In this document: positions 1-14,725 of the stretch, one piece after another
How the letters are laid out: each line of letters begins with the position of its first letter
Numbering within the stretch: the first letter of the stretch is position 1
Origin: the human T2T-CHM13v2.0 reference genome, Homo sapiens
NCBI RefSeq assembly: GCF_009914755.1
Contig: NC_060931.1
Length of the DNA stretch: 64,000 nucleotides
Direction: 5' to 3' (one strand)
Program-made: the position numbers and the translations under genes
The notes under the pieces: model-generated
Databases searched by the model: none
Told to the model about the DNA's origin: nothing
The model's input: the letters and a program-made list of their open reading frames with translations, nothing else

Positions 1-859
1 ATAAACAAAAAAGCACACTTCTGTCCTATTGCCAGCAGACTCTTCCATGACACCTTGGAAACATTACTGATCCTGTCTCTCAGGCATCGTTAACCTCTTT
101 GTTCTCTCATCACTAGGCACTCAGAGCACTATTATCTCCCTCACTTCTTCCCAAATTGGATTCTCAGAGATTATTTCCACTATTTGTGTGTGTAAATTTG
201 GCTCATGTCTTCTCACCCTCTGTTTAGCTGCCTTATCTTTTTAGACAAAATCTGTTCGCCCTCTTAACTGCTTTGGACATTTCCGGCTATCTTCTTTCAC
301 ACTCTGGGGCTGTGACTCCCTCCTTTAATTTCCGGTTAACTCACTGTGAGTGAGTATTAGTCAACTTAGCATCTGGTTACAGAGCAACCAAGCTATTTTT
401 CTTACAATTATCCTCAAATGCTCTTAAACTTAAAGGCTTAGTGTTTTGGCACAAGTTGAATAGGAATTCTGGATTCTACAGTTATCATGCTTATGTGACA
501 GAGCAACCTCAGATTTGGAGGCCATGGCAAGAGGTTGAGTGGGTGGATACAATGGTGACTAGTTTAATGAGTCACTCATTGAGAGTTTTAGTGCTGAAAA
601 CTGCATTCAGAGAAACACACAAGTGGTTCTTAAAGGACATAGGCAAAATCATTTCATAGGTAGAAATCACCTGACCTGAAATTAAAACATCTGCAGCATG
701 CCCTCTCTGTCTCAGGAAATCAAAAAACTTCATAGTACCCCGTGACCAAATAATTAAAAATATAGGTTAGTTTTTAAGTTTAGAACCAGAATATCTTTTC
801 AAGTAAAAACTCAGTTGCTTTGGTGCTAGCTTGTATTACTGGCACTACTTCTCACTTCC

Positions 860-1296
860 GTCTTATCTCCATGCTTTTTGCCATATGAGTTTGCCACTCT
901 TCCCTCAAAGGGGAACAGCATATTTCCCCACTCTGGCTATGAATTTCATCATGAGACTTGCTTTTGCAAATAGGATGATGTAAAAGTGACAACATGCCAG
1001 CTCCAAAAGCTGAGTCCTCAAGATATGTTGTATGTTTCCATTCGCTCTCTTGTCCTTTTGCCGTCACCATAAAATGTACATACCTGGGCTAACCCACTGG
1101 TTTCAAAAGAATGATGAAAAATACATGGAATGGAGAAGCCCTTGCTAAGTTGCCCCAGCCAAGCCCAGACTAAATAAGTGTCCCCAGTCAACCTGTAGAA
1201 ACTAGAGTGAGCTCACACATCGGATAACTCCAGTGGACCAAGCTGATGGTTTCTTTAAGGCCACCAACTTTCCTGTAGTTTGGTATTCCATAATAG
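860..1296 (+). mobile_element. Old MaLR LTR (MLT1-type), degenerate
   Basis: MLT1-like motifs (catgagacttgcttttgc..aaaagtgacaacatgccag..ccaagcccagac) and a 3' end like gtagtttggtattccataatag; boundaries approximate. Confidence 0.5.
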
Positions 1297-1649
1297 CTCT
1301 TCAATACATGTTGAATAGAATCATTTTTGAAATAAGCACAGAAATCAGTCATCTACAACCTTGCCCAAATTCCTACTTCATCAGCGTTACATGGACATAT
1401 TTTCAACTAGGCATCTCTTAGGAAATGTCCGCAGTCATTATTAACAAAAAGCAAATAGGGTCAGTAACTTTTTATTATGGACTAAAATAACAGATATTTT
1501 CTGAAATAATATGAGATCAGCCTGACTTACCCCAAAGTAAATTTATATTTTTGATCACACAGTAATTTATGAATAAAAGTAATTTATAAAATCATGCCTT
1601 TGAAACGTTGGCAAAGCTCTAAATTTGTTCCTGAATTTCCAAATGCAGA

Positions 1650-1870
1650 CAGTACATCATGGTGGTTAAGAATAGAATTGCAATAATACAACCAAGGATA
1701 TAAGCCCAAATGTGCTACATATATTTATCCTTGGAAAATAACTAAGATTTTCTGAGCTTCAGATTTTTATTGCAGAGGAAGTTAATAATAATAACATTCA
1801 ATTTTCATATAATGCATACATAGTACTTTGTCTAGTGTCTGGAAAATAAAAGTGAGTACTAACATTTTCC
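1650..1870 (+). mobile_element. MIR fragment
   Basis: gcagacagtacatcatggtggttaagaatag...ttttctgagcttcagattttt resembles a degenerate MIR 5' end and core. Confidence 0.45.
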
Positions 1871-2214
1871 AAGAAAGTTTAAGTTACATTCATTAACATT
1901 AGTATTTACTATTTTGTATTATATTTTTTAACAAGTAGTTGTTGAAAATATGGCATGAGATGAGTTTGGCTTTAGGTGACAAGAAGATTAGCAAGGAAGT
2001 CCTCAAGTTTGAAGAAAGGGCCCAGCTAAAAGAGTCATTGAAAAAGCATGGTCAACAAGGCCTGGTCATGAGATCACGGGAGAGGAATGGATTTCAGGCA
2101 GCATCTCATGGGCAGAAGCCCAGAGGAGAAAACAATGTAAATAGAGAATGAAACTCATGCAAACTTTAAGACACTGCATGTCAATGAGAACAAAAGTTGG
2201 TAATTGATTTGTGA

Positions 2215-2440
2215 AAGACAGTATGTATCAAAAATGTGAATGTGTGTATCCTTTACCCAACAATTCCATTCAAAGAATTCTTTAAAATAATAGCAATAAA
2301 TATGTGTGCAAAGATATTTATACCCAAAGATGTTCACTGATGCACTGCTGATAATAGTGGAAGTAGAAAACTTGTATGTCCATCGAAAAATATATTTAAG
2401 TCAATTATTGAATATGAACACTGTACCCATTAAGATACAT
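2215..2440 (+). mobile_element. Old L1M (L1MC/ME-like) 3' fragment
   Basis: cctttacccaacaattccattc..caaagatgttcactgatgcactg..gtatgtccatc matches the L1 ORF2-end/3'UTR pattern. Confidence 0.45.
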
Positions 2441-3035
2441 ATATTAAACACATATCTTTCATACACTTACATTTTATGAATTGATGTGTGTGTGTGTATG
2501 TGCATATGCAAGTACAATGAAATGTTTAAAAGGACAATGACCATCTAGTTTAAAACTGTCTCTGGTTTATAGGTGTTGTGCTTATATTATCATCTTTATA
2601 GTGATCTGCATCTATAGTTAAGCTAAAATAATGATCTAAAATTGTTCTGATCACAAAAATATAACAGTAAACCATTTAAGGTATTTCTAAAAGTATTCTT
2701 TTAAGAGAGAAGAGTTGGACTTAGATGTAAAAATGGAAAAGCAAGCTTCTAATAATATAATTGGCCTAGTGGATTGGTAACTTTGTAAGGTTGATGATAG
2801 GTATATTTGGTGGAAGTAATTGTTTTTAAAGTATATGATTGACAGTATATAGGGAATCAGAGGCTTAACTGTGCTTATGAGATGTATGTAACTGGATCAG
2901 CCACTCTGCCATAGCCTCTGCATGTGACAGAACCCTGTGCACTATGACTCGTTATCTGCAATCCTAGGGAGGAGACGTGTATGTTTGAAGCATAAATTGG
3001 TACTTCAAAGAGACTGTTTCAGGGAATAAGTAATA

Positions 3036-3341
3036 TTTTATTTTATTTTTTATTTTTTTGAGACCGAGTCTCACTCTGTCACCCAGGCTAGAGTATAGTG
3101 GTGCCATCTCAGCTCACTACAATCTCTGCCTCCTTGGTTCAAGCTATTCTCCTGCCTCAGCCTCCTGAGTAGCTGGGATTACAGGCACCCGCCAACACAT
3201 CCAGCTGATTTTTGTATTTTTAGTAGAGATGAGGTTTCACCATTTTGGCTAGGCTGATCTCGAACTTCTGACCTCATGTGATCCACCCACCTTGGCCTCC
3301 AAAAGTGCTGGGATTACAGGCATGAGCCACTGTGCCTGGCC
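3036..3341 (-). mobile_element. AluS element
   Basis: Reverse-complement Alu dimer with T-rich tail; TSD-like aagtaatatt on both sides (3028-3037, 3347-3356). Confidence 0.95.
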
Positions 3342-3554
3342 AGAAAAAGTAATATTATTGAGGGCATTGAGTGCGCAAAGTACCAAGCTCCATTCATTGT
3401 TCACGTATGCCACCTTATTTGTCTTTCTAATAACCCTATGTGATGACTGCTGCCAGTCACTAAAATCTTCTTCAGTATCAGGGTTGAACAGAGTGCTTTG
3501 GGGAATTATTTCATTTGATCTATATGCCAATCCAATGTGGTAGGTATTCTTTCT

Positions 3555-5297
3555 TTTATTAAAATTTATTCTTATTTTTATTTGACACATCATAATTGTA
3601 CTTATTTTTGGGGTACTGTATGATATTTTAATGCAAAGATACCATGTGTAATAATCAAATCAGGTTAATTAGTATATTCATCACCTCAAACATTTGTCAT
3701 CTTAGTGTTGGGAATATTCAAAATTCTATCTTCTAGCTATTTGAAAATATACCAAAAAAAGTTAACTGTAGTCACTATAGTGTTGTTAACTACTGAACAC
3801 TAGAAATTATTTCTCATATTTAGTTCCAGTTTTGTACCTGCTAACCTGTCTCTTCCTATCCTTAATCTGCTCTACACTTCCCAGCCTCTAGGAACCACTA
3901 TTCTACCCTCTGCTTTTATGAGATCAACTTTTTAGCTACCATAGGTGAGATAAAACATGTAGTATTTACCTTTCTGTGCCTGACTTATTTCACTTAACAT
4001 AAGGACCTCCAGTTCCATCCATGTCCTTACATGAATGATAGTATTTCATTCTTTTTATGGCTGAATAACATTCCACTGGATATATATTAATAGACCAGTT
4101 TTTTATTCACTCATCCACTGATGAACGCTTGGGCTGATTCCATATCTAGGCTATTGTGAATAGTGCAGTAATAAACAGGGATGCAGACATCTTTTTGACA
4201 TACTGATTTCCTTTGGATATATACCCAGCAGTGGGATTGCTGGATCATAAGGTAATTCTATTTTAGTTTTGTTGAGGAACTTTCACACTGTTTTTTATGG
4301 TTGTGCTAATTTACATTCTATCAACAGTGTATAAGAAGTGTTCACATCTTCACCAGTATTTGTTACTCTTTCTCTTTTTAATAATATACATTTTAACAGG
4401 TTTAAGATGACTTCTCATTCTGGTTTTGATTTGCATTTCCCTGATGATTAGCAATGTTAAGCATTTGTTCATATATTTTTATGATGTTTGTGTGTCTTCT
4501 TTTGAGAAATGTCAATTCAGATTATTTGCATATTTTTAATCAGATTTATTTTTATGTATGTATGTATGTATGTATGTATGTTGCTCTTGAGTTGTTTGAG
4601 ATTTTTGTATATTATGGGTGATAATCCATTATCAGATGAATAGTTTGGAAATACTTTCATTTATTCTTTACGCTGTTGCTTAACTTTATTGTTTCCTTTG
4701 CTGTGCAGAAGCTTTTCAGTTTGATATAATCTTACATGAGTATTTCTGCTTTGGTTGCTTGTATTTTTGAGATTTTCTCCATAAAATCTCTGTGCAGATC
4801 AATAATCTGAAACATTTCCCCTATGTTTTCTTCTAATAGTTTCATAGTTTCAGATCTTATATTTAAGTCTTTAATTCATTTAAAGCTGATCTTGGCATAA
4901 GGTCAGAGATAGGGGTCTAGTTTCATCTTTCTGCTTGTGGATATCTATTTTTCCTAGTACGACTTATTAAGGACACTGTCCTTTCCCCAATTAATGCTCT
5001 TAGTGCCTTTGTTGATAATAGCTCTTCAACACACATTGGATAGAATAATTTCTCAAATAAGCACAGAAATCAATTACTTACAAGCTTGCTAATGTTGATA
5101 ATCAGTTGGCTGTAAATATATGGTTTTATTTCTGGGTTCTCTATTCTGTTCCATTGGTCTATGTGTCTGTTTTTATGCCAGCACTATGCTGTTTGGGTTA
5201 CTATAGCTTTGTAGTAAATTTTGAAGTCAGGTAGTGTGGTGCCTCCAGCTTTGTTCTTTTTGCTCAGAATTGCTTTGGTTATGTCAATGTCTTTTGT
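3555..5297 (-). mobile_element. 5'-truncated L1MA-type LINE-1 inserted into a MIR
   Basis: Antisense L1 3'UTR and ORF2 end (gctattgtgaatagtgc, tgagaaatgtc, gcctccagctttgttcttttt); MIR halves at ~3450-3550 and ~5300-5445; TSD-like g(g/a)tattctt at both ends. Confidence 0.85.
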
Positions 5298-5975
5298 GAT
5301 ATTCTTATTTTGTAAATAAGGAATAAGGGACCCTGTTTGAAGCTAAGTAACTTGCCTGAGGTTGTACAATATTAAGTGGCATTGCTGGAATTTGAATCTT
5401 TACAGTTTGATAGATAATAAGCTTAGATTTTTATTCACTGATCTCTGCTACCCATCATCAGAGAAATAATTTTTTATATGGAGGTGTCCCAGGGAGAGGT
5501 GTCCATCATTGGTTCAAAGTGGAAAACCAATTGAACTTCAGCTGTGACTCAACAGATGGTCTAATTTATTCTGGAGGACCTCCATGTTATTGGTGGTGAA
5601 TCATTCAGTTACTGCTGATCAAAATCTATTTACCTGAATATAGCCATGTCTCCAGTAACATGTGGTGCTATCTTAAGGGATACAATTTATACTTGTCCCC
5701 TCGGGTTCATCTGATCACCTATCTCAAAGCCTTTCTCCTTGGCCAGAAGAGGGTTCCTCTCTTTAAAAACTTTCCAGTAATGGTAATTTCAATCTCACAC
5801 AGTGGTGAGAACAGATTATCTAAGGCAACAATGGATAAAATCTAATTTTCCAATATTTCTGGGTAAATGAAGTTATCCATAATGTCATTCTATGATCAAT
5901 ATAATTATATTAATATTCAAAAGAAATCTAAAATTTCTTCAGTTTATAAATAAACTAAAGAATATATATACAGTG

Positions 5976-6416
5976 GCACTATTTACAATAGCAAAGACTT
6001 GGAACCAACCCAAATGCCCATCAATGATAGACTGGATAAAGAAAATGTGGCACATATACACCATGGAATACTATGCAGTCATAAAAAAGAATGAGTTAAT
6101 GTCCTTTGCAGGGACATGGGCGAAGCTGGAAACCATCATTCTCTGCAAACTAACACAGGAACAGAAAACCAAACACCACATGTTCTCACTCATAAGTGGG
6201 AGCTGAACAAGGAGAACACTTGGACACAGGGAGGGAACATCACACACTGGGGCCTTTCAGGGTGTTGGGGGCAAGGGGACGGATAGCATTAGGAGAAATA
6301 CCTAATGTAGATGATGGGCTGATGGGTGCAGCAAACCACCATGGCACATGTATACCCATGTAACAAACCTGCACGTTCTGCACATGTATCCCAGAACTTA
6401 AAGTATAATGTTAAAA
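5976..6416 (+). mobile_element. 5'-truncated L1PA (PA7/8-like) 3' end
   Basis: ORF2 C-terminus ([16 protein letters not shown]...MFSLISGS), 3'UTR and A tail; TSD aaagaatatatatacagtg at 5957-5975 and 6417-6439. Confidence 0.95.
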
Positions 6417-6604
6417 AAAGAATATATATATATACAGTGAATTTAGACATGAGAATACTTTTTATATAACTTAGACTATACTCATTTAAAAACTCAAAAT
6501 GTAAATTGGAAGATTTTATGTGGATCTACATTTATTATTTGTTTTTTTCTGATCAATAGGAAAATTAAGATCCATGACTCTCTCTCTCTCTCTCTCCATA
6601 TATA

Positions 6605-6925
6605 TTTTTGTTGTTGTTGTTGTTGTTTTGTTTTGTTTTTTTTGAGATGGAATCTTGCTCTGTCGCCCAGGCTGGAGTGCAGTGGCACAATCTCGGCTCA
6701 CTTGCAAGCTCCGCCTCCCAGGTTCATGCCGTTCTCCTGCCTCAGCCTCCTGAGTAGCTGGGACTACAGGCGCCCGCCACCACACCTGGCTAATTTTTTG
6801 TATTTTTAGTAGAGACAGGGTTTCACCGTGTTAGCCAGGATAGTCTCGATCTCCTGACCTCATGATCCGCCTGCCTCGGCCTCCCAAAGTGCTGGGATTA
6901 CAGGTGTAAGCCACCGTGCCCAGCC
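6605..6925 (-). mobile_element. AluY element
   Basis: AluY-diagnostic gcaagctccgcctcc, gggactacaggcgcccgcc and accgtgttagccaggat; tail decayed to (GTT)n. Confidence 0.93.
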
Positions 6926-8282
6926 GTGACAATATTTTTAATTATTTATTCTAAGTTTTAATGAAACGGAGGAAGCCTTAAGTTTTTTCACAATTTTATA
7001 AGTTAGTTTGTAATTCATGGAGTTAATTTATAGCTCTATGGTTAATATCTCCAAAGCTTATCTAACACAAGTGAGCACATATATACAAGATGAAGTATAC
7101 GTTTATAAGGAAAAAGTATTGACATCAAGGATAAACGTTTCTCAGACTGAATTGTCCCCATTGACCAAATTCAAGAGTAAAATTCCAAAGAATTGAGGAA
7201 ACTACCCATGAGAGACTCTGTTTAACAGGCACATTACTGAATTCATCTATAAAACATATGAACATAATTGTATCTATTTATAAGAACAAAGCTTCAATTT
7301 GAGGAAGTGATCAGGTTTTGAAAAATATCCCCTAAATCACCCCCTTATTTCATAACTAGAATGAAATGACAAGACTGAAGCTGGGGAAAAAAAAAGAAAA
7401 AAAAGAAAAACAACAAAACTAAAGCTCTTTGTTCATCGAAATTAATATGGTAAACCCATGTCATTTTTGTAAACAATAAATTTCAAAGTATTGGTGGCTT
7501 TTTCCTTCATATGTTACTGCTTACAGTATTTTTCAATTAGGGACAATTTGTTACAAGCAAGGCAAAAACACTGGCAGTATGACTCACATACAATGGCTAA
7601 AAATATAGTTAGATTTGTTTGGCATCTAATTTGGGGCTATTTTAATTCAAATATTAAAAACGTAAATGAAAGTTATGTTTTGGAGTGAGATTGAGTTTAG
7701 CATATTGGACTTTGGAAATCTTATTTCTATGAACTACATGGCAATATGAGAAATTCCGTGGCAGGTTTTGTGTGCATTCAAAAAGAGTTCAGCATATGTT
7801 CCCAAATAAATGAGACTTATTTTCTGCAATATATTTTAATTATTTACATCATAACAAAGTATCATAAAGATGGCCCAGTAAATGAAAATAAAGAGCTATT
7901 TTCCTGGATTCAAGAAAAGAGATTTGAATGATTAATGCTGTTGCTTTAAATGCTTTTAGATCAATAAAAATGTACATTGTCCCAGGTGTACTGGAAAACT
8001 CAAAAGAAGGATAAACATGAATAATTCCTATGATATGTTCACAATCTAGTTTGATAGCATAATTAAAATGAACAAAATCTTCATGCACAGCAATTCAGTA
8101 GAACTATCACAGAAGTTCTTTTGTGTGATATGGGTTACAGGAAAACTCTGAGTACTATTCAGAGGAGGTGATGGTTTTCTGAAATGGAATTTATGAGCAC
8201 ATCTTGGGTAGGCAGTGGAAGGGTGAGGACACTGATGGAGATTATGAATAAATTCAAGAAAAGTGAATGGAGTTAGCATAGG

Positions 8283-8775
8283 TATTAGGTTTCTATTGAT
8301 GTGAAGAAAAATTAACAGAAAGTTAAAAAGTTAGTGGCTGAAAGCAACATAAATTTATTATATTACAGTTCTATAGGTCAGAAGTCTGCAACTTTAACTA
8401 AAATCAAGGAGTCAGCAGGGCTGAGTTCCTCACTGGAAACCCTAGTGGAGAATCTGTTTCACTTCTATTTCCAGTTTCCAAAGGCCTCTCTCTGGTCCAT
8501 GCACAAAAACCCTTAACTTTCAGAGTCAGCAACAGGGAGTTCAATGTTTCTCATGCAGTCATCTCCCTTTGACCACTGCTGGGAAAGGTTCTCTGCTTAA
8601 GGAACTCATGCAATTAGACAGGCTTTACCTGGATAATGCAGCATAATCTCTTCATTTCCAAGGACTTTACCTTAATCAAACCAGCAAAACTCCTTTTGCC
8701 ATGTAAGGCAACATATTTACAGCTTCTGAGATTAGAACATGGACATCTCTGGGAACCATCGTTATTGCCTACCAG
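8283..8775 (-). mobile_element. MLT1C/D-type MaLR solo LTR
   Basis: tattaggtttctattg..ttagtggctgaaagcaacataaatttatt..acagttctataggtcagaagtc..aaaatcaagg..tttgccatgtaaggcaacatatttacag is the antisense MLT1 pattern. Confidence 0.8.
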
Positions 8776-9764
8776 ATCCTACATATAGGATGGAATAATT
8801 TTCCTTTCTTTCGTTCTTGGAGTTTTCCATATTTTAAAATATTGCCCTTTACACTTTATATTAAGCTAAACTCTACTCAATAAAGAGAGGGTGATTCTAA
8901 TTTGGGTGTGGAGATTGGAGGAATGGTCATGGTGGGGAGAAAAATAAAGACCTTGCTTTTAATTGTTTTCTGATTTGTAGCAGGTCAGTCACGGTGTTAG
9001 CCTAAAAAATTTAAGCTCATTTTCATAAAAGTATTCTAACTTGAAATTCCAACCTCATCCATATAATAATACACATTGACCTTGTTGGTCATGGTTTACA
9101 GATGGGAAAACAGGTGGACTGCTCTTGTTTTGTCCCCAGTCATCTAAATTACTTCAAGAATGAGGACTAATGTCTTCTGCAAAACAGTCTAACTCAAAAT
9201 CTCTGGCCTTCAGACATCAAAACATACAGAAACCTAAATGTTTAACAAATTACTAAAGTACTCGATTTCTGCCCATCACCCTCTCTCCTATCCCTTTGGT
9301 CACACCTCCACACAGAATTCCACTATTTGATCTTCTATTTGGTCTACATTTGGGCTCATCCTTCTATATGCTATGGTATGTAAAGCCAATCCTGTCCAAT
9401 ATGGCCTAGTCTTTTTTGTCCAAGCCCAAATCTTGATAGAAGAGACTAAGAACAACATTCCTAACACGCAATAGTTTTGTCTTGAACCTCAGTAGCAAAT
9501 ACAGTTGATTGGATATTTTGAGGTCATTCTATGAAGAGTCTTAAATTTGGGGCAGATAATTTTGCCTTGATGAAGTAATTCATCAAGAATAAGAAAGTTT
9601 GAGGACTTACTTGATATTTTTAAACATTTACTTAAGTATGCATGTAAAAGAACAAGAATTGGGTAGTTGAGGGTAGGAGCCCAGGTGTGAGGTTTGTGTA
9701 GCAGTTGAGGCAATCAAGATTATGACAATTTCAAGAAGGACTGGCTTCATTCAGAAAGTTGTAA

Positions 9765-10127
<363 letters not shown>

Positions 10128-10275
10128 TGATATATTTTAGATATTAGTTTTTTATGTATGTCTCTGTGGGTGCCTACATGAAAAAAAATCAGAGATTGAA
10201 TGAGTGACAATTTTACCATTTTAGATCCTGTTTCAAATTCAAATCACAATCAGTTTTTAAAGTTGTGTATGAATT

Positions 10276-10652
<377 letters not shown>

Positions 10653-12164
10653 CTAGATTACAATAAACATAATACTGGATTTTTTCCCTTATAATAGGTA
10701 CGTGTAAAGGTAACTGGAATCACTGGAATAACTCTCAAACATTTATGTCATTATTCATTTTTAAAAAATTCTCTCTAAAGTTTTAGCCTAAGAAGATATG
10801 AATAAAAAAGAAACAACAAAGAAACCTTCTTCTACATTGCAAGCTATTAATTTTAATAATGAACTGGAGAAAACCAAGTTACTTTGTAATATATATTTAA
10901 GAAATTGAAAAATAATGAATGATAGAGTGTACTAAGCCAATGAACTTCTGTACTAAAGAATATTACATAATTTGGATAAGTATAATGGAATATTCTGACT
11001 AATAACTAACTTTATCAGATAGAATATTAAAAAATGGAGGTATGGATTATGAAAACAAAGTATAAAAACTGTTATCTTTAAATACAAAGGAACTTCCAAA
11101 GTACAGTAAATTTGAAAAAAAATTCTAGTTTACTTGCAACAGGATACTGCAATATTAACTTTTTCTTAAATTCACTTTCAACATTTTACTTCAAAATTAC
11201 AGCTATAGCAAATTTACACAAGTGAAAGTAAGAATTTAATCACTGATGCAGATAATTCCAGCCCTTCACTAACCTGAGAAGGCATCTAATTATAATTTAT
11301 TCAAAGGAGCTATTACTGTGATCAAATAGAACAGATTGCCATCCAAATTTCTGTGGTGTAAAAGGTATTTTAACCAGTTCATAGAACAAGAAAGTGGAAA
11401 AATATCCAATAAGTTATTTCTTCTGTATTATTCAATGCGTTTGTAGAAGTTTGTTGCTACCATGAACAAGATTAAAAGATCTTTACATCTAAACCAGTCA
11501 TAATGAGAAATTTGGAGAGAAAACTTTCAGAAATTACCTCCTTACTTACCTTACGTATTAAGCTCTTTACACTTAAAAAATACATTTGTAAGCATTTAAT
11601 ATTAGACATGATCATGAATTATTTAAGAGACAGGTATCTCCTTTTTCCTGAGCCTCACAGAGATTTGGCTAAACACAAGTTCACTGCCTTCCATGTCAGT
11701 CAATTTAGAATATTTGGAAACCTCATTAATCATTTGTTGGATGGTACTTCTAGGACACGACTGTCTCAATTACAAAGAGGGACACATGAAAGTTAATGAG
11801 TCCTTTAAATAACTCATTGGTTCCTTGTTCCATTTATTTTTGAGAAGATATTAGAGCAGGGATCACTTTTTTATGACATTGGGAAATTAAAAATAATAAT
11901 CATCTGTAGTTGTCATATTATTTTGATTTTGTTAAATGTGTTACATTTTATTTTAGGTCTGTGTATTACAGTGTCCTAAACATAGAAACTAATTCTACTA
12001 TTGTGGCTTCTGAAGAGTAGGAAAGAGTCAGATTTCTAAAAATTATCATATGTAAGAACAGAAATAAACATATAAATCTGTTAAAAATATTAGTCAAACA
12101 AATTTTTCATTCTGACAGAAAGCAGAATTGTCTAACCATAATTTCCATTAAATATGGTAACAGA

Positions 12165-12756
12165 GTATGTTAGTCAGGAAAGGTTTTTTTATATAGTAAT
12201 CTAAAAAATGTCAGAGACTGAATACAACAAAGGTTTATTTCTCATTCCTACAAGTGCACTGTACACTGTGGATTCCCATGACATCCCCAGGCCAGTATCC
12301 TGTGTGCAGTACACAGTGATTCAGGCAGCTTCAATCATGTGACTGTGTCATCTCTTGTCCTAACTTGGCAACAACTTAGAACAAGAGAGATATTGAAGAA
12401 ACAAAAATGGGCCAAACTTTCCTCCCTTGAAATTTACACTCATGTTCACCATTCTTGAGTACGACTAGTTCTTTGCTCTTCCTAACCTCTGGAGCAAGGA
12501 AATGTAGAGGAATAATGTAATATTTAGAGAGCATTATTTGCAGTTGAAAATTGCAGATGAAACAGTCTGCAATTCATCTACAAAGAAACACTCTTAACTA
12601 CTATCTACATGAGACAATTCAAAGGATTAATCCAGTCCCATCTCCAAGATCACCCAGAACATTGGCTGAGATGTGAGAGCTTCTATATCAGGTTCAGATG
12701 TCACTACTTTTGATTAAGACATATAAACTAAAAAGTCAAGTGAAGGGAACATCCAC

Positions 12757-12794
<38 letters not shown>

Positions 12795-14268
12795 CTCAAT
12801 TAAAATGGGGGAACAGACACAGAACAGATACCATTAGAAAAGGGGAAGAGTGAGAGGCATGTAGAAGTCACTAGTCCATAGACGTTTTGGTTCTAGCAAG
12901 GAGGCATTGTGAGGGGTGCTGAGCTGATGAGGAGTGCTCCTCCACTGAGCCTAGATTTGTCTTTTGGGAAGCCTTGAGTCCATGGTTGTCTGTGTCCCCT
13001 AGCTCCAACTTTAAGGATGCATTTCCTTGCCCATTATACTTGTTGTACCCATCAGAACTGGGTTTTGGGGAATGTCCTCTACTTGGAGTCCAAGGAGTTT
13101 TCCCAGTTAACTTCCTGCTCATGGAAACTTTTAAATCTGTAACAATCTTTTGTTAATGTGTGATCCAAACTCATCGTTTCATTGCTAGTACAACTTTCAA
13201 ACACTCAGTAAGCTTTAATTTAAATCTTCATTATGAACCTGGAACATACCCAGATCTTTCTATCTTCTCCATCTCTATTCTTTTATTCCATTATTCATTC
13301 TCTCAATATAACAGGGTTACTAGAAAGTTGTTTGAATTTCCCAGAAGAGCCACACTCTTAATCTGATCTTTGCTCTGAGTTGTTATACCAAATTATTGAG
13401 TACCATGTCCGTAACCTATTTTTTGCTTTGATGCGGTTTAATCAATTGGAAATACATTACCAGACACTTATCTGTAAAGACCTTTTCACTCTTACCATTT
13501 TTTAGGACTATAAAACAATTATTTTTCCAACACTGAAAAGCTCTGCATTGGACTTTTCTCACCTTTTACAATTCTACTTGCAAACTAGCCAAATCTATTC
13601 TGAGCCCATTTCTTTCTTATTATATATTGCCAAATACAGTTAATAGCAGCTCACATACATGAACATTCTGCTTTTAAACCAAAGTCACATATTTGTCAAG
13701 TACATGATCTGCTGCTCACATTATTCTAAGATTTTTTATTGTATGAAATGTGTTTCCATTTTTCCAAAGTCACTAATATCAGTTCTCTCTCTGTTTGCTC
13801 ACTGTGGGATCACTCAACTGATACCAAACATATTGTGTTTATTAAAATAACATCTCACTTCTGGTACTAATTTCTACAAAAACCAAGGTAAGCTGGGTTA
13901 GTTAGAAACAAAAAATGCCCATATCTCAGTGCTCAATGCAACAAAGGCTTATTTCTGATTCATTCCAAATCTGCTACATATTTGGGCACCTCTTTGGGCA
14001 CTGTTTTTGCAGCAACTCTGTAATCCATAATCCATGCTGTTTCGATGTTTTGGATCCACAACACAAGGCCTCCTAGTAACCACAGCAGGGAGGGAGACAG
14101 ACTGAAAAATGGTGCCTGAGATTTCACTGTTTTAGGCCTGCAAGGAGACACATGATGCTTCCTCCCACACTTTATTCTCCAAAATAGTCATATGGTTTAA
14201 AATAATTGTAAGGGTATCTAAGAATGTAGGGGAGAAAAATGGAATATTCAGTTTTATTCTGTGCCACA
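12165..14268 (-). mobile_element. Ancient MLT1 MaLR provirus (LTR-internal-LTR)
   Basis: Two similar degenerate LTRs (~12165-12540, ~13876-14268; both contain caacaaagg(t/c)ttatttct); MaLR LTR/internal junction cacttctggtactaatttc at ~13857-13874; ends ...tattctgtgccaca. Confidence 0.6.
12760..12790. repeat. (CA)n microsatellite
   Basis: Direct reading. Confidence 0.95.
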
Positions 14269-14427
14269 AGAGAGAACACCCTCCCATATATAATTTTGCC
14301 TAAATCTTTGTAAGAATAGTCCTGTAATGTATTTACCTATTTTAAGATAGTAAATAACACTATCAAATAAAAAACAGGCAGTATATTCCAATACTTAAGA
14401 GTGCAGGTTCTTTTATAAAGTCAATTA

Positions 14428-14725
<298 letters not shown>

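Noticed and set aside
11530-11556. Stacked minus-strand donor-like motifs (gtaaggtaagtaaggaggtaat)
   Set aside because: No convincing partner acceptor or reading frame was found upstream on that strand
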